A DNA stretch of 63,996 nt, filler included, from 5 parts of 5 records of this genome joined end to end with filler, not necessarily neighbours in it, one strand, 5' to 3'; shown: positions 1 through 9,364, numbered from the whole stretch's first letter. A program made the numbers and translations. Notes: generated from the letters alone by a model not told the origin.

Positions 1-94
1 GAACCGCAAAGAAACATATTGAAAACTTCAGTTTCCATTTCCAAGAAATTAAGTAATAGAGCTGAAACTCTTTTATAACATTACTATAATTCAT
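1..94 (-). CDS. Possible 5' end of a gene running off the window edge (MNYSNVIKEFQLYYLISWKWKLKFSICFFAV...)
   Basis: ATG at 94 on the minus strand, frame open to position 1, divergent from the ORF at 294; too short to assign a product. Confidence 0.35.
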   Translation of the reverse strand, partial: MNYSNVIKEFQLYYLISWKWKLKFSICFFAV

Positions 95-178
95 TTTAAT
101 TTTACAAAGCGCTTTTAAAAACTATTGGCCATAGATTCTGTGATATTCTAAATTTTAGTAAAATCTGTATTAAAAAAT

Positions 179-225
179 ATCATTAAATACCGTGAGAACA
201 AAAATTGGAATTACTGTTATATTGC
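179..225 (+). promoter_or_regulatory. Palindromic operator-like box (179-196) plus Bacteroidetes -7-like element (218-225)
   Basis: ATCATTAAATACCGTGAG, 21-nt gap, then TATATTGC; same geometry as six other promoters in this contig. Confidence 0.6.
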
Positions 226-293
226 AAACAATTATCACCATTTTTAAGAGGTGAATAACTCATGTTTATGATAGGTATAAAGCAATACAAGAT

Positions 294-3200
294 ATGATTC
301 CAATAGAAGACGCTAATAAATACATCGAAAAACATCAAAAACCAGAAGTAGACCGTTTTGAATTTCGGTTGTTCTCTGAACCTTATAAAATTTTAGGGAA
401 AATATTAGGAAGAATCGAAAAAGAAGAAAGAGTATGGTATAATGTTTCAGATTTTATTGCAGCATTTGATGATCCGCTTACTATAAATCCTTGGTCGAAT
501 GAAGAAGGTATGCGCCTAGCAATGCAACTTTACGGGGTGGTACATGCACCTTATCTAGCTGGCATGTGGGATTTTATGAACACACTACCTTATCAAAAAG
601 GTTATGATAGACAAGCATTTAGATCAAAACCATCAAAAGATATTTTAATTAATAAAATAAATTACTTAATCCGATTTTTACAATTTAGTAGAATGGGTTA
701 TAATGGATTAACACTTCAAGAACACTTTATATACAGTACGTATCATCCTAATTTTAGCAGTTATTTTTTAGCCTCAGTTCTTCACAATGCCGAAGGAGTT
801 TTCGATGAATTACTAGACAATATTATTCAAGGTGAAGATGAAATTGGAGGAATTAGTGCAGATATTATTAAAGCGCTGTTACTTTCTGATGAGGAAAAAC
901 ATTGGGAGATGGTCTCTAAATTATTACTTGCGGCTCAACGCCAAGAAGGTTTAAGGCAAACCATTTTAGAATCGCTAGACGAGTCTAGTCTTGGTGCGCT
1001 TAAACATATAATCAATGTGGTATTAGAAAATGATTTAACACGCTTTAGTAGTGTAACTAGAGCTGTTAGTACTTGGTTTGGCTTAAGATGGGATCTCCCT
1101 AAAAAACCAGTTATAAATCGTGTTTTAACACTTGCACAATCTTTAATTTTAAATTTAAAAGAAGTAGATGGCTATCTTAAAAGTAAAGACAATTTAGAAG
1201 TTTTAGTCGGTTTATGGGCTATAGGAATTTTAGACGTCGATACAGCAAATAGGAAAGCACTAGATATAGTTTTCTCTTCCGAAGATAGAAACAAGAAGAT
1301 TTTAGCATTGTATTTTATTTGGAAAACAGAGCGTACTAATGATGCCTTAGTACCATATTTTACTAAAGAGCTAGGAAAAGATTATGCATTAGACCATTGG
1401 ATGGCGGTAAACTTACCTCCTACCACATTAAATAATGATACTTTTGAGCGCCTATTAACGGTTGCAAAATCTGTGACAGAAAAAGGCAAAACCTTCGAAA
1501 GTAAAATATTCTCGTGGTGGAGCTTTACACCTGAACCAACGTATTTCTTCCAGTTTATTATCAATAGCGCTACAGAAGCACAATTAGAGTTAATGGCGAA
1601 CGATTTTGAAGAATTTCCTACAGAATATAGAGAAACCTATATTCGTAAAGTATTTCCTTTACATTATAGCTATTCTTTTAATAATTATCAGCAACAGTCT
1701 AAGAAAAAAGAGCGCCTCAATTATGACCAAAATTTTTGGAAAAGAGCTTTAGCTAGACGTGCTATTTATAACCGAAATGAGGTAGTTATGGCTACGGGAT
1801 TGAATTTATTTAGTAAAATGCATTTGTATGACGCAGATTTGGAAATTGCTGAAGATTTACTAAGACGAAAACATAAAGGATTACGTACCTCTTTAATTCA
1901 GTTGTTGGTTGACTTGCCAGTAGACCGCTTAAGAAAGAGTGTTACAAATTTAGTAACAGCAAAAAATATTGATCAGCGATTAGCTGGTTTAGAAGTATTA
2001 ACTATTTTACACGACGCCAATAGACAATCGGATTTTATTGAAACGCAAATAAGCCTTTATAACGAGCGTCCTAAAATCTCTAAAAACGAACAAGTCTATT
2101 TAGATAAGTTTTCAAACAATACGCAAGAATATAATTATAATAATGGTTTTGGAGCGGTAAATTATGATGATTTATCACCACTTTATATTCCACAATCTCA
2201 TTTTAAAACAAAAACTAGTTTTTTAGATAAATTAGGAATTTCAACCTCAGACTCTTCATCCTTTAAGTTTAAAGAATTTATTAATGTCAACAAAATAGTT
2301 ACTCAAGTAAATCTATTGATTGCTCTTGTTACCGAAAACCGACATTATGAATACCAAATGGAAGGGTATCAAGGAGAAATGCATACTACATATATAGAGA
2401 AAGGGCTTCACCAAATAAAAGAATTGAGGGATGATGCTACAGCAGAAGACCATTTGCATAATATTCCTTTAGCCCACTTATGGATAGAATGGTATAAAAA
2501 AAGTGAGCTCAATGATTTTGAAATGTATGCTGCCATACGTTATATCAATAATAGTAGTTACCCTTACGGATATTATAAAATATTAGAACCATTTTTAAGG
2601 CAATATTACCCAGACTTATCTGGATTAAGTATAGGAAATAAAGACACCCATTACTCTAGGTTAAATAGTTATAACAAAATTTTAAAGCGTTTATTTAGGG
2701 CATATGTAGACACCAGCACAGTAGCCGACTTTAAACTTCATATGTTCGAAGACATGATTGCTAATTTCCCTGATAAATTTAAATTAATAAAGTTTCAAGA
2801 TAATGGTTACCATTATACAACAACTTATAATTGGACAAGTATAATACTTCAATTAACCCCAAATTTTAGTGTCAATAATTTAAACCAACTTACTTCAGAG
2901 CAACTTTTAAAGTACTGGAATATTAAAATGTATTTAATAGCACAAAACATTACACACCCTACAGTTGCTTCAAATATTAAAGTGCTTACTGATAATTCAG
3001 AAAAAAGAAGTAATCTGGAATTTCCTGAGATTGAAACCACCTTAAAACTATATGAAAACGGTTTAATTAACAACGATGATTTACTTCTCCAAGCTTTAAA
3101 TAAAAATCAATTAATAACCATTATTGATGGTGGTTTTAATTATAGGATGAATTACAAAAATGGATTAAAGCAAAATACAATTCCTAAAGAAGTCTTTCTC

Positions 3201-5294
3201 CCTTTAAAAACCAATTTATTAGAAACAGAGTTAGAACGAGGAGATTTGGCAACACCTGCTTCTAATTACATTAATGCAATTCATAGAGTTGAAGGTGTTG
3301 ATTATGTATTCAGAGTTCTAGAACGTTTAGGAGAAGAAACTTTTGAGCGCGGGTACAGCTATTATGGAGATAGTAAAAAGTCTAAGTTTAGTGCTATCCT
3401 CAAAATGACCCAGTTTAAAGACACCGAATCTTATGCTGATTTTGCTAGTCTTGCAGATGCTTTAAAAATTAGCAAAATACGTTTTATAGAATTGGCGTGT
3501 TATGCTACGCAGTGGGCTAGTGTTGTGGGCCAATATTTAAAAATTGATAATTTAGAAAATGCTGTTTGGTGGTTTCAAGCGCACGCTTCAGATTATATGA
3601 ATAGCGAAAAAGAAACTATTATTTCCCGGTACTCTAACATCCCAAAAAACGATTTCTCGTTAGGCGCAATAGATATCGATTGGTTTAATAAAGTATATAA
3701 TAGCTTAGGTAAAGCAAACTGGAAACTACTTCATAAGGCTGCAAAATATATTACAGATGGTAATGGACACAGACAAGTAAAATTATACTCTAGTGTTATA
3801 CTAGGGGAAGTTAAAATTACCGAAACCCTACAAAAAATTAAAGAAAAACGTGATAAAGATTACGTGCGCGCATTAGGATTAATTCCTTTAAGTAAAACCG
3901 TTCCAGAAAAAGATTTATTAAAACGCTACAATCTACTACAAGACTTTTTAAAAGAAAGTAAACAGTTTGGTCAACAACGACAAGAAAGCGAAGCTATTGC
4001 AGTGGAGATTGCTTTAGATAATTTATCTCGAAATGCGGGCTACCAAGATCGTGTGCGTTTTAGTTGGGCTATGGAAGCAAAAGCTACCCAAGCAATAATG
4101 AAAAATGCAGTTATAACCATAGATGAAACGGTTATAGAACTCGTCATTACAAACCATGGTAAAACAGAGATTAAGGTTTCCAAAGCTGGAAAATTATTAA
4201 AAAATATTCCAGCCAAACTACGCAAAGAAAAACAGGTTATAGCCTTAAAAGACAACAAAACCTATCTTTCTAGACAATACAGTAGAACACGTTTATCATT
4301 AGAAAACGCAATGGTCAACGAAGATGAATTTACTGCTTTAGAAATTCATAGTATGATGCAACATCCTATTGTACAAGTGATGTTGAGTAAGTTAGTAATG
4401 TACGTTCCTCAAAAAGAGATTTCAGGTTTTTATGATGAAGGTATTTTAACAGATTTTCATGGAAAAACACATTCGTTAGCTGAAGATGATGTTTTGCTTA
4501 TTGCACATGCTTCTCATTTGTTCCAAGTAGTTGAATGGGATAGCTACCAAAAATATTTATTTGCAGAACGGATTACCCAACCATTTAAACAAGTTTTTAG
4601 AGAATTATATTTAATAACCAATGATGAGCGTGAACATAGTAACCGCTCAGAACGTTACCAAGGATATCAAATTCAGCCTAAAAAAACCGTAGCACTTTTA
4701 AGAGGTCGTGGTTGGACCGTGAGTATGGAAGATGGCTTACAAAAAGTTTATCATAAATACGGTTTTATAGCTACAATGTATGCTATGGCCGACTGGTATT
4801 CCCCATCAGATGCCGAAGCACCAACCTTGGAGGATATTCGTTTTCACTCTATAGAAAACTATAAAACCATTCCTCTCTCTGAAATTCCACCGGTAATATT
4901 TAGTGAAATAATGAGAGACATCGATCTTGTAGTTAGTGTTGCTCACGTTGGTGGAGTAGATCCAGAAGCCAGCCATAGTACTATACAAATGCGTGCTGCA
5001 TTGGCTACAGCTTCAGCAAGCTTATTCAAACTTAAAAATAGTACCGTAAAAGAACGTTACATATTTATAAAAGGTACATTTGGCGAATACACCATACATT
5101 TAGGAAGTGGTCAGGTAAGCAAAAACGGACTTGCATTATCTATCATTCCAGTGCATAGTCAGCATAGAGGTCGTATGTTTTTACCATTTATAGACGACGA
5201 CCCCAAATCAGCAGAAATTATTTCTAAAATGAAATTACTTTCAGAAGATCATAAAATACAAGATCCAACAATTTTAGCGCAAATAAATAGCTAA
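294..5294 (+). CDS. Giant DUF4132-domain protein (MolR/YehI-like C-terminus; long helical N-terminal region, probably DUF5724-like)
   Basis: 1666-aa ORF; C-terminal motifs HPIV..ML..LV, IAHASHL, QPFKQVFRELY, IFSEIMRDIDLVVSVAH and FLPFIDDDPKSAEIISK are typical of DUF4132 proteins. Confidence 0.8.
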   Translation: MIPIEDANKYIEKHQKPEVDRFEFRLFSEPYKILGKILGRIEKEERVWYNVSDFIAAFDDPLTINPWSNEEGMRLAMQLYGVVHAPYLAGMWDFMNTLPYQKGYDRQAFRSKPSKDILINKINYLIRFLQFSRMGYNGLTLQEHFIYSTYHPNFSSYFLASVLHNAEGVFDELLDNIIQGEDEIGGISADIIKALLLSDEEKHWEMVSKLLLAAQRQEGLRQTILESLDESSLGALKHIINVVLENDLTRFSSVTRAVSTWFGLRWDLPKKPVINRVLTLAQSLILNLKEVDGYLKSKDNLEVLVGLWAIGILDVDTANRKALDIVFSSEDRNKKILALYFIWKTERTNDALVPYFTKELGKDYALDHWMAVNLPPTTLNNDTFERLLTVAKSVTEKGKTFESKIFSWWSFTPEPTYFFQFIINSATEAQLELMANDFEEFPTEYRETYIRKVFPLHYSYSFNNYQQQSKKKERLNYDQNFWKRALARRAIYNRNEVVMATGLNLFSKMHLYDADLEIAEDLLRRKHKGLRTSLIQLLVDLPVDRLRKSVTNLVTAKNIDQRLAGLEVLTILHDANRQSDFIETQISLYNERPKISKNEQVYLDKFSNNTQEYNYNNGFGAVNYDDLSPLYIPQSHFKTKTSFLDKLGISTSDSSSFKFKEFINVNKIVTQVNLLIALVTENRHYEYQMEGYQGEMHTTYIEKGLHQIKELRDDATAEDHLHNIPLAHLWIEWYKKSELNDFEMYAAIRYINNSSYPYGYYKILEPFLRQYYPDLSGLSIGNKDTHYSRLNSYNKILKRLFRAYVDTSTVADFKLHMFEDMIANFPDKFKLIKFQDNGYHYTTTYNWTSIILQLTPNFSVNNLNQLTSEQLLKYWNIKMYLIAQNITHPTVASNIKVLTDNSEKRSNLEFPEIETTLKLYENGLINNDDLLLQALNKNQLITIIDGGFNYRMNYKNGLKQNTIPKEVFLPLKTNLLETELERGDLATPASNYINAIHRVEGVDYVFRVLERLGEETFERGYSYYGDSKKSKFSAILKMTQFKDTESYADFASLADALKISKIRFIELACYATQWASVVGQYLKIDNLENAVWWFQAHASDYMNSEKETIISRYSNIPKNDFSLGAIDIDWFNKVYNSLGKANWKLLHKAAKYITDGNGHRQVKLYSSVILGEVKITETLQKIKEKRDKDYVRALGLIPLSKTVPEKDLLKRYNLLQDFLKESKQFGQQRQESEAIAVEIALDNLSRNAGYQDRVRFSWAMEAKATQAIMKNAVITIDETVIELVITNHGKTEIKVSKAGKLLKNIPAKLRKEKQVIALKDNKTYLSRQYSRTRLSLENAMVNEDEFTALEIHSMMQHPIVQVMLSKLVMYVPQKEISGFYDEGILTDFHGKTHSLAEDDVLLIAHASHLFQVVEWDSYQKYLFAERITQPFKQVFRELYLITNDEREHSNRSERYQGYQIQPKKTVALLRGRGWTVSMEDGLQKVYHKYGFIATMYAMADWYSPSDAEAPTLEDIRFHSIENYKTIPLSEIPPVIFSEIMRDIDLVVSVAHVGGVDPEASHSTIQMRAALATASASLFKLKNSTVKERYIFIKGTFGEYTIHLGSGQVSKNGLALSIIPVHSQHRGRMFLPFIDDDPKSAEIISKMKLLSEDHKIQDPTILAQINS

Positions 5295-5307
5295 TCTAAA
5301 AATCATA

Positions 5308-5398
5308 AGGGCGTTACCTCGCTTAGGCGGGGTCGGGCTTTCTGTTGCAAGTCCTCGTGCTATCGCACTATGGGCTTTTCACGACAATCCCTAACGCA
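5308..5398 (+). ncRNA. Structured intergenic element, probably a Flavo-1 RNA motif or Flavobacteriaceae repeat
   Basis: GC-rich patch in AT-rich DNA; GCGTTA (5311-5316) pairs with TAACGC (5392-5397); internal GGTCGGGCTTTC...CAAGTCCTCG...GGGCTTTTC...CAATCCC resembles the Flavo-1 consensus as recalled. Confidence 0.6.
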
Positions 5399-5415
5399 AA
5401 AAAAATCCGTATACT

Positions 5416-5829
5416 ATGGAACTTACATTACAACTAAAAAAACTCGGGAAGAAAAAAGTAAAAGAAGTTCCTTTTACCTTAGAAGAATCACCTAAAAACT
5501 TAGAAGCCTTATTAGTTGGTTGTGTAAAACATCAAGTTGAGGCTTTTAATGCAAAACTACAAGAAGTCAATGTTATTGGTTTTTTAAGTCCAGCCGAAAT
5601 ACAAGAACAAGCGCAAAAGGGTAAAGTAGATTTTGGAGAAATAACCAACACCGATTTAGCAAATCTGCAAAAAGCAATCGACAATGTTTTATTAGCCTTT
5701 AAAGACGGACTCTTTGTAGTCTTTATAGACAATAAGGAAATTACCGATTTAAAAACGCCGCTAAAACTAACTTCGAAAAGTATTGTTACCTTTATTAGAA
5801 TGACATTTTTAGTGGGTACGTATTGGTAA
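5416..5829 (+). CDS. Conserved DUF4132-partner protein, possible ubiquitin-like (beta-grasp) fold
   Basis: 137 aa; C-terminus FVVFIDNKEITDLKTPLKLTSKSIVTFIRMTFLVG-TYW matches the MoaD/ThiS C-terminal strand pattern. Confidence 0.7.
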   Translation: MELTLQLKKLGKKKVKEVPFTLEESPKNLEALLVGCVKHQVEAFNAKLQEVNVIGFLSPAEIQEQAQKGKVDFGEITNTDLANLQKAIDNVLLAFKDGLFVVFIDNKEITDLKTPLKLTSKSIVTFIRMTFLVGTYW

Positions 5830-5909
5830 TTTCTTTTAATTAATTATGAAAGAAGGTTGTCTTTACAATCTATTCTGAATTTGTTTCATTTAATTTAAGC
5901 ATCCACTAT

Positions 5910-6815
5910 TTACAACCATTCTGTATCAATACCCATTTCAATAAACTCATCATAAATAGTATCTTTAGCATAGCATAAGGTTGCTTTTTTTAAATTAGGG
6001 AACTGTTTTGCATCGGTACTGTGTTCAATATCCCAATACTCCACTGCTCCACCAGAAAAAGGAGCTAAATTCATATAAATTTCGTTTCCGCCATCTTGAT
6101 AGATTTCTGTAACTTCTTCAGCCAAACGCTTTGGGATTGGTAAATCTTTAAAATATTGTTCTACTTCAGCAATAGGCCCGTAACCTTCCTCATCAATATC
6201 TATCTCGCGACCTCTATACCATTTTGCAAATTCGTGAATATCAAATTGAGGCTTCAACAATTCTTTAGTATACATTAGCTCTTCAATAACCGATAATTTA
6301 AATCCAAAATCTTCGAAAGTAATAACTTCTTCATCAAGTCGCTTAATTTTGTATTTATCTTCCGGTATTCCTTCCCAACGCACATACGGTTTGTAAGCAC
6401 TTATTTCTATTGCGCTAACGGTGTCTTCGTTCATATCAAACCAAGCACTAATGCCATTCGAGACTAAAGCACCACTATCATCATTTTTAAATAATTTTAT
6501 ATGCTGGTTTTTATGCGATTTATAGTAGCTTACAATTTCTTGATTGTTGTAATGAAATATCCCTGAAAATGCTTTTTTTGGACTAAAGTCATAGGTTTCA
6601 GGTTGTAATTCTATAATTATAGATTCTATAAGTTCCCCACTTTTTGAGTAAGCCAATATTCCTAGATCATCCCAAGTAAAAATAGTATTGTTTTTCTTCT
6701 TTAAGGTTCGATAATTTTTAGTTAAATGGTCTTTTAACACATCCAAAGACACTGGAAACTCAACCATTCTTGAATTTATTTGAAAACCTTTTGGAGATAA
6801 ATGTAACGCAATCAT
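5910..6815 (-). CDS. Hypothetical protein with C-terminal DUF6892-like domain
   Basis: 301 aa; FEDFGFKLSVIEELMY...YFKDLPIP...EIYQDGGNEIY...FPNLKK pattern recalled for DUF6892. Confidence 0.65.
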   Translation of the reverse strand: MIALHLSPKGFQINSRMVEFPVSLDVLKDHLTKNYRTLKKKNNTIFTWDDLGILAYSKSGELIESIIIELQPETYDFSPKKAFSGIFHYNNQEIVSYYKSHKNQHIKLFKNDDSGALVSNGISAWFDMNEDTVSAIEISAYKPYVRWEGIPEDKYKIKRLDEEVITFEDFGFKLSVIEELMYTKELLKPQFDIHEFAKWYRGREIDIDEEGYGPIAEVEQYFKDLPIPKRLAEEVTEIYQDGGNEIYMNLAPFSGGAVEYWDIEHSTDAKQFPNLKKATLCYAKDTIYDEFIEMGIDTEWL

Positions 6816-6833
6816 AAGTCTATTTTAAGATTT

Positions 6834-6880
6834 CAAAAATAATAGCTTAATCTATATTTTTAATCCCTATCTTCCGTGAT
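6834..6880 (-). promoter_or_regulatory. Operator-like box (6863-6880) plus -7 element (6841-6834)
   Basis: Minus strand reads ATCACGGAAGATAGGGAT, 21-nt gap, TATTTTTG (perfect TAnnTTTG). Confidence 0.7.
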
Positions 6881-6947
6881 ATTTTATATCTTGAAGCTAT
6901 TCCTTTTTAGAATTATTTAAATTAACGCATATACTAAAAAGCCAAAA

Positions 6948-6994
6948 ATCCCCTATTTCGGGGATAAAATCTAAAAAGATTAGCTCTAAATTTG
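6948..6994 (+). promoter_or_regulatory. Operator-like box (6948-6965) plus -7 element (6987-6994)
   Basis: ATCCCC-TATTTC-GGGGAT (perfect 6-bp arms), 21-nt gap, TAAATTTG. Confidence 0.75.
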
Positions 6995-7010
6995 TTGAAA
7001 ACCTTTTATT

Positions 7011-7361
7011 ATGGAAGATCAAGTAAAGAGTGCAGCGTTTATAGCATCATTAAAACGCAATAACGAAAAAATAAGAGACGATCGTGCGCATGCAATTGCA
7101 GAAGATGCACAATTAATGTACAAACGTGAAACCGAAGATTTGGCATTATCGCTAAAACGCTTAAAACGTGAACAAGAAAATATGCTTGATATGAGCCCTA
7201 CAGATGCCAACAGTCTGGTCTTAGCATCCGATTTTAATGCGAAAGATTACGTAGCAAAAGACATCGAAATGTCTGTAAAAATAAGGAACTTAGAAATAAA
7301 ATTAGAATTAGCCAAAAAACGTTATTTACATTTATTTGGTGGAACAATAAACGAATTATAA
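7011..7361 (+). CDS. Small coiled-coil hypothetical protein
   Basis: 116 aa with heptad-like helical segments; first gene of a tightly spaced three-gene operon. Confidence 0.75.
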   Translation: MEDQVKSAAFIASLKRNNEKIRDDRAHAIAEDAQLMYKRETEDLALSLKRLKREQENMLDMSPTDANSLVLASDFNAKDYVAKDIEMSVKIRNLEIKLELAKKRYLHLFGGTINEL

Positions 7362-7363
7362 CT

Positions 7364-8230
7364 ATGGGAGGAGGAAGATTTAGTCACGATGCGTATTCTC
7401 GATTGAGAAAATCTAAAGGCTACAGTAATAAATCTAGAGAAGAAATTTTTACGGCTAGACAAATAGATCCTGAAATGGATCCTACAAAAGTAATAGTTAG
7501 AGAGTCTCGAGATTCTGAGGAACATCCTGAAACGCTTTCTATTATTGTTGCTTTAGATGTAACAGGAAGTATGGGGTTTGTGCCAGAGCATATTGTAAAA
7601 GAAGCTTTGCCAGACCTTATTGGTTCTTTAATGGAAGCTGGTATTGAACATCCACAAGTGTTATTTTTAGGCATTGGAGATTTTATTTATGATAATGCAC
7701 CATTACAAGTTGGACAATTTGAGTCATCAGCAGAGTTATTAGACCGTTGGTTAACCCGAGTTTATTTAGAAGGTGGCGGAGGTGGAAACAATCAAGAAGG
7801 CTATAATCTAGCACATTTATTTGCTGCAAGACATACATCGATTGATTGTTGGGAAAAAAGACAACAAAAAGGATTTTTATTTACCATTGGTGATGAACCT
7901 GTTTCTTCTGACATTCCTGCTGAAATTATAAAGAGATATACCCTTGCAGATGAGGCAGAAACCATAACTACAGAAGCCATTATTAAAGAGGCTCAAGAGA
8001 AATACAATGTTTTTCATATGCATTTAGAACATAATGAATTGTCTAAGCAAGAAAAACGTAAGGGAAATTGGAAAACGCTTTTAGGCGAAAATTATATGGA
8101 AATACCAGATTTTAAATCCGTGGCAAAACGGATTGCAGAAGTGGTCATTAACAACCATAAACCAGGTGCCGCTACCAATAGATTTAATGCTTCTGGGAGT
8201 TCAGATATTAAAGTAGAGAATATGCTATAA
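7364..8230 (+). CDS. VWA (MIDAS) domain protein
   Basis: ALDVTGSM MIDAS-type motif, LEGGGGGNNQEGY loop, FTIGDE; N-terminal MGGG. Confidence 0.85.
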   Translation: MGGGRFSHDAYSRLRKSKGYSNKSREEIFTARQIDPEMDPTKVIVRESRDSEEHPETLSIIVALDVTGSMGFVPEHIVKEALPDLIGSLMEAGIEHPQVLFLGIGDFIYDNAPLQVGQFESSAELLDRWLTRVYLEGGGGGNNQEGYNLAHLFAARHTSIDCWEKRQQKGFLFTIGDEPVSSDIPAEIIKRYTLADEAETITTEAIIKEAQEKYNVFHMHLEHNELSKQEKRKGNWKTLLGENYMEIPDFKSVAKRIAEVVINNHKPGAATNRFNASGSSDIKVENML

Positions 8231-9364
8231 ATGCAAAAATGTAGTCTTGTTATAGATTTGGGATTTGGTGATGCCGGAAAAGGCTTAACAACAGATTTTC
8301 TGGCATCTCAGTGTCCTCAAAAAAGTATCATCGTTCGATTTTCTGGAGGTCATCAAATTGGCCATACTGTTAGCACAAAAGAACTTACGCATACCTTTAG
8401 TAATTTTGGTTCGGGTACGTTATTAGGAGTACCTACTTATTATACTGAAAATACCACTCTTTTCCCACCTGGGATTCTAAAAGAAGGGAATTTTCTAAAA
8501 ACATACCAGCCTAAATTATACTTAAATCCATTGGCTATGGTAACTACCATTTATGACATAGCCTATAATCGAGCCATTGAAAAACAACAACATCACGGGT
8601 CTTGTGGCTTGGGCTTTGGAACAACAATCGCTCGAAACAAGGAAGAAGTTTATTTATATGCCAATGATTTAAAATTTCAATGGGTTTTGAAGCAGCGTTT
8701 ACAAAGCATTAAAACCTACTACCAACATAAACTAAAAACCGAGAACAAAAGTGTTCAAGCGTATTACCATAATGAATTAAAAGAATACGATGAAGACTTC
8801 TTCATAAATTGCTGTATAGCCATCCAGAAGTTTTATAATGTAGCCTCACTTTCAGAGTTAGCATTCACTTATGAGCATTTTATTTTTGAAGGTAGTCAGG
8901 GTATTCTATTAGATACCCAACACGGTTTTTATCCACATACCACTTGGAGCTACACCACATCTAAAAATGCTATTCAGCTTATAAAAAAACATTTAAGTGT
9001 TTCAGCGGAAATAGACATCTATTACATTACGCGTTGTTATCAAACCCGTCATGGTAATGGACCTATGTCTAACACGGAAGCTGTAACACTTTTGAATAAT
9101 GAAAATGAAGCAAATATCACCAACGAATTTCAAGGGGAGTTTAGGACCAAGGCATTGGATCATGAATTACTTAATTACGCCTTAAGTTGTGACTCTATTC
9201 ATTATCAAAATTTAAAAATTAATAAATATTTAATATTGACATGCCTAGATCAACTTCCGGATTTTTCATGTGAAAGCTTACTTCAAAAAGTAAAAACTAA
9301 ATTCAAAACAGTTTACGGTAGTTATGGACCTAAACGCCAATGTATCAAAGTTATTTCAAAATAA
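8231..9364 (+). CDS. Divergent adenylosuccinate-synthetase (PurA)-fold protein
   Basis: GFGDAGKG, RFSGGHQIGHTV, FEGSQGILLD..HGFYPHTT, YQTRHGNGP and SYGP align to PurA motifs; the aspartate-binding loop is altered. Confidence 0.85.
   Translation: MQKCSLVIDLGFGDAGKGLTTDFLASQCPQKSIIVRFSGGHQIGHTVSTKELTHTFSNFGSGTLLGVPTYYTENTTLFPPGILKEGNFLKTYQPKLYLNPLAMVTTIYDIAYNRAIEKQQHHGSCGLGFGTTIARNKEEVYLYANDLKFQWVLKQRLQSIKTYYQHKLKTENKSVQAYYHNELKEYDEDFFINCCIAIQKFYNVASLSELAFTYEHFIFEGSQGILLDTQHGFYPHTTWSYTTSKNAIQLIKKHLSVSAEIDIYYITRCYQTRHGNGPMSNTEAVTLLNNENEANITNEFQGEFRTKALDHELLNYALSCDSIHYQNLKINKYLILTCLDQLPDFSCESLLQKVKTKFKTVYGSYGPKRQCIKVISK

Noticed and set aside
127-144. Eighth regulon box GGCCATAGATTCTGTGAT for the leftward gene at the window edge
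   Set aside because: One good half-site, but no -7-like box at the 21-nt spacing; not counted
232-258. TCACC-N10-GGTGA inverted repeat in the DUF4132 leader
   Set aside because: Spacing differs from the 18-bp box and it lies downstream of the -7 element; it may be an RNA hairpin, which cannot be decided from sequence alone
7011-7361. Ubiquitin-like GG motif (LFGG-TINEL) in the 116-aa protein
   Set aside because: The protein looks all-helical coiled-coil, not beta-grasp
8231-9364. PurZ (2-aminoadenine, Z-genome pathway)
   Set aside because: The catalytic Asp of PurA is retained (GDAGKG) rather than the PurZ Ser, and no dATPase, MazG-like or DNA polymerase gene or other phage context is present
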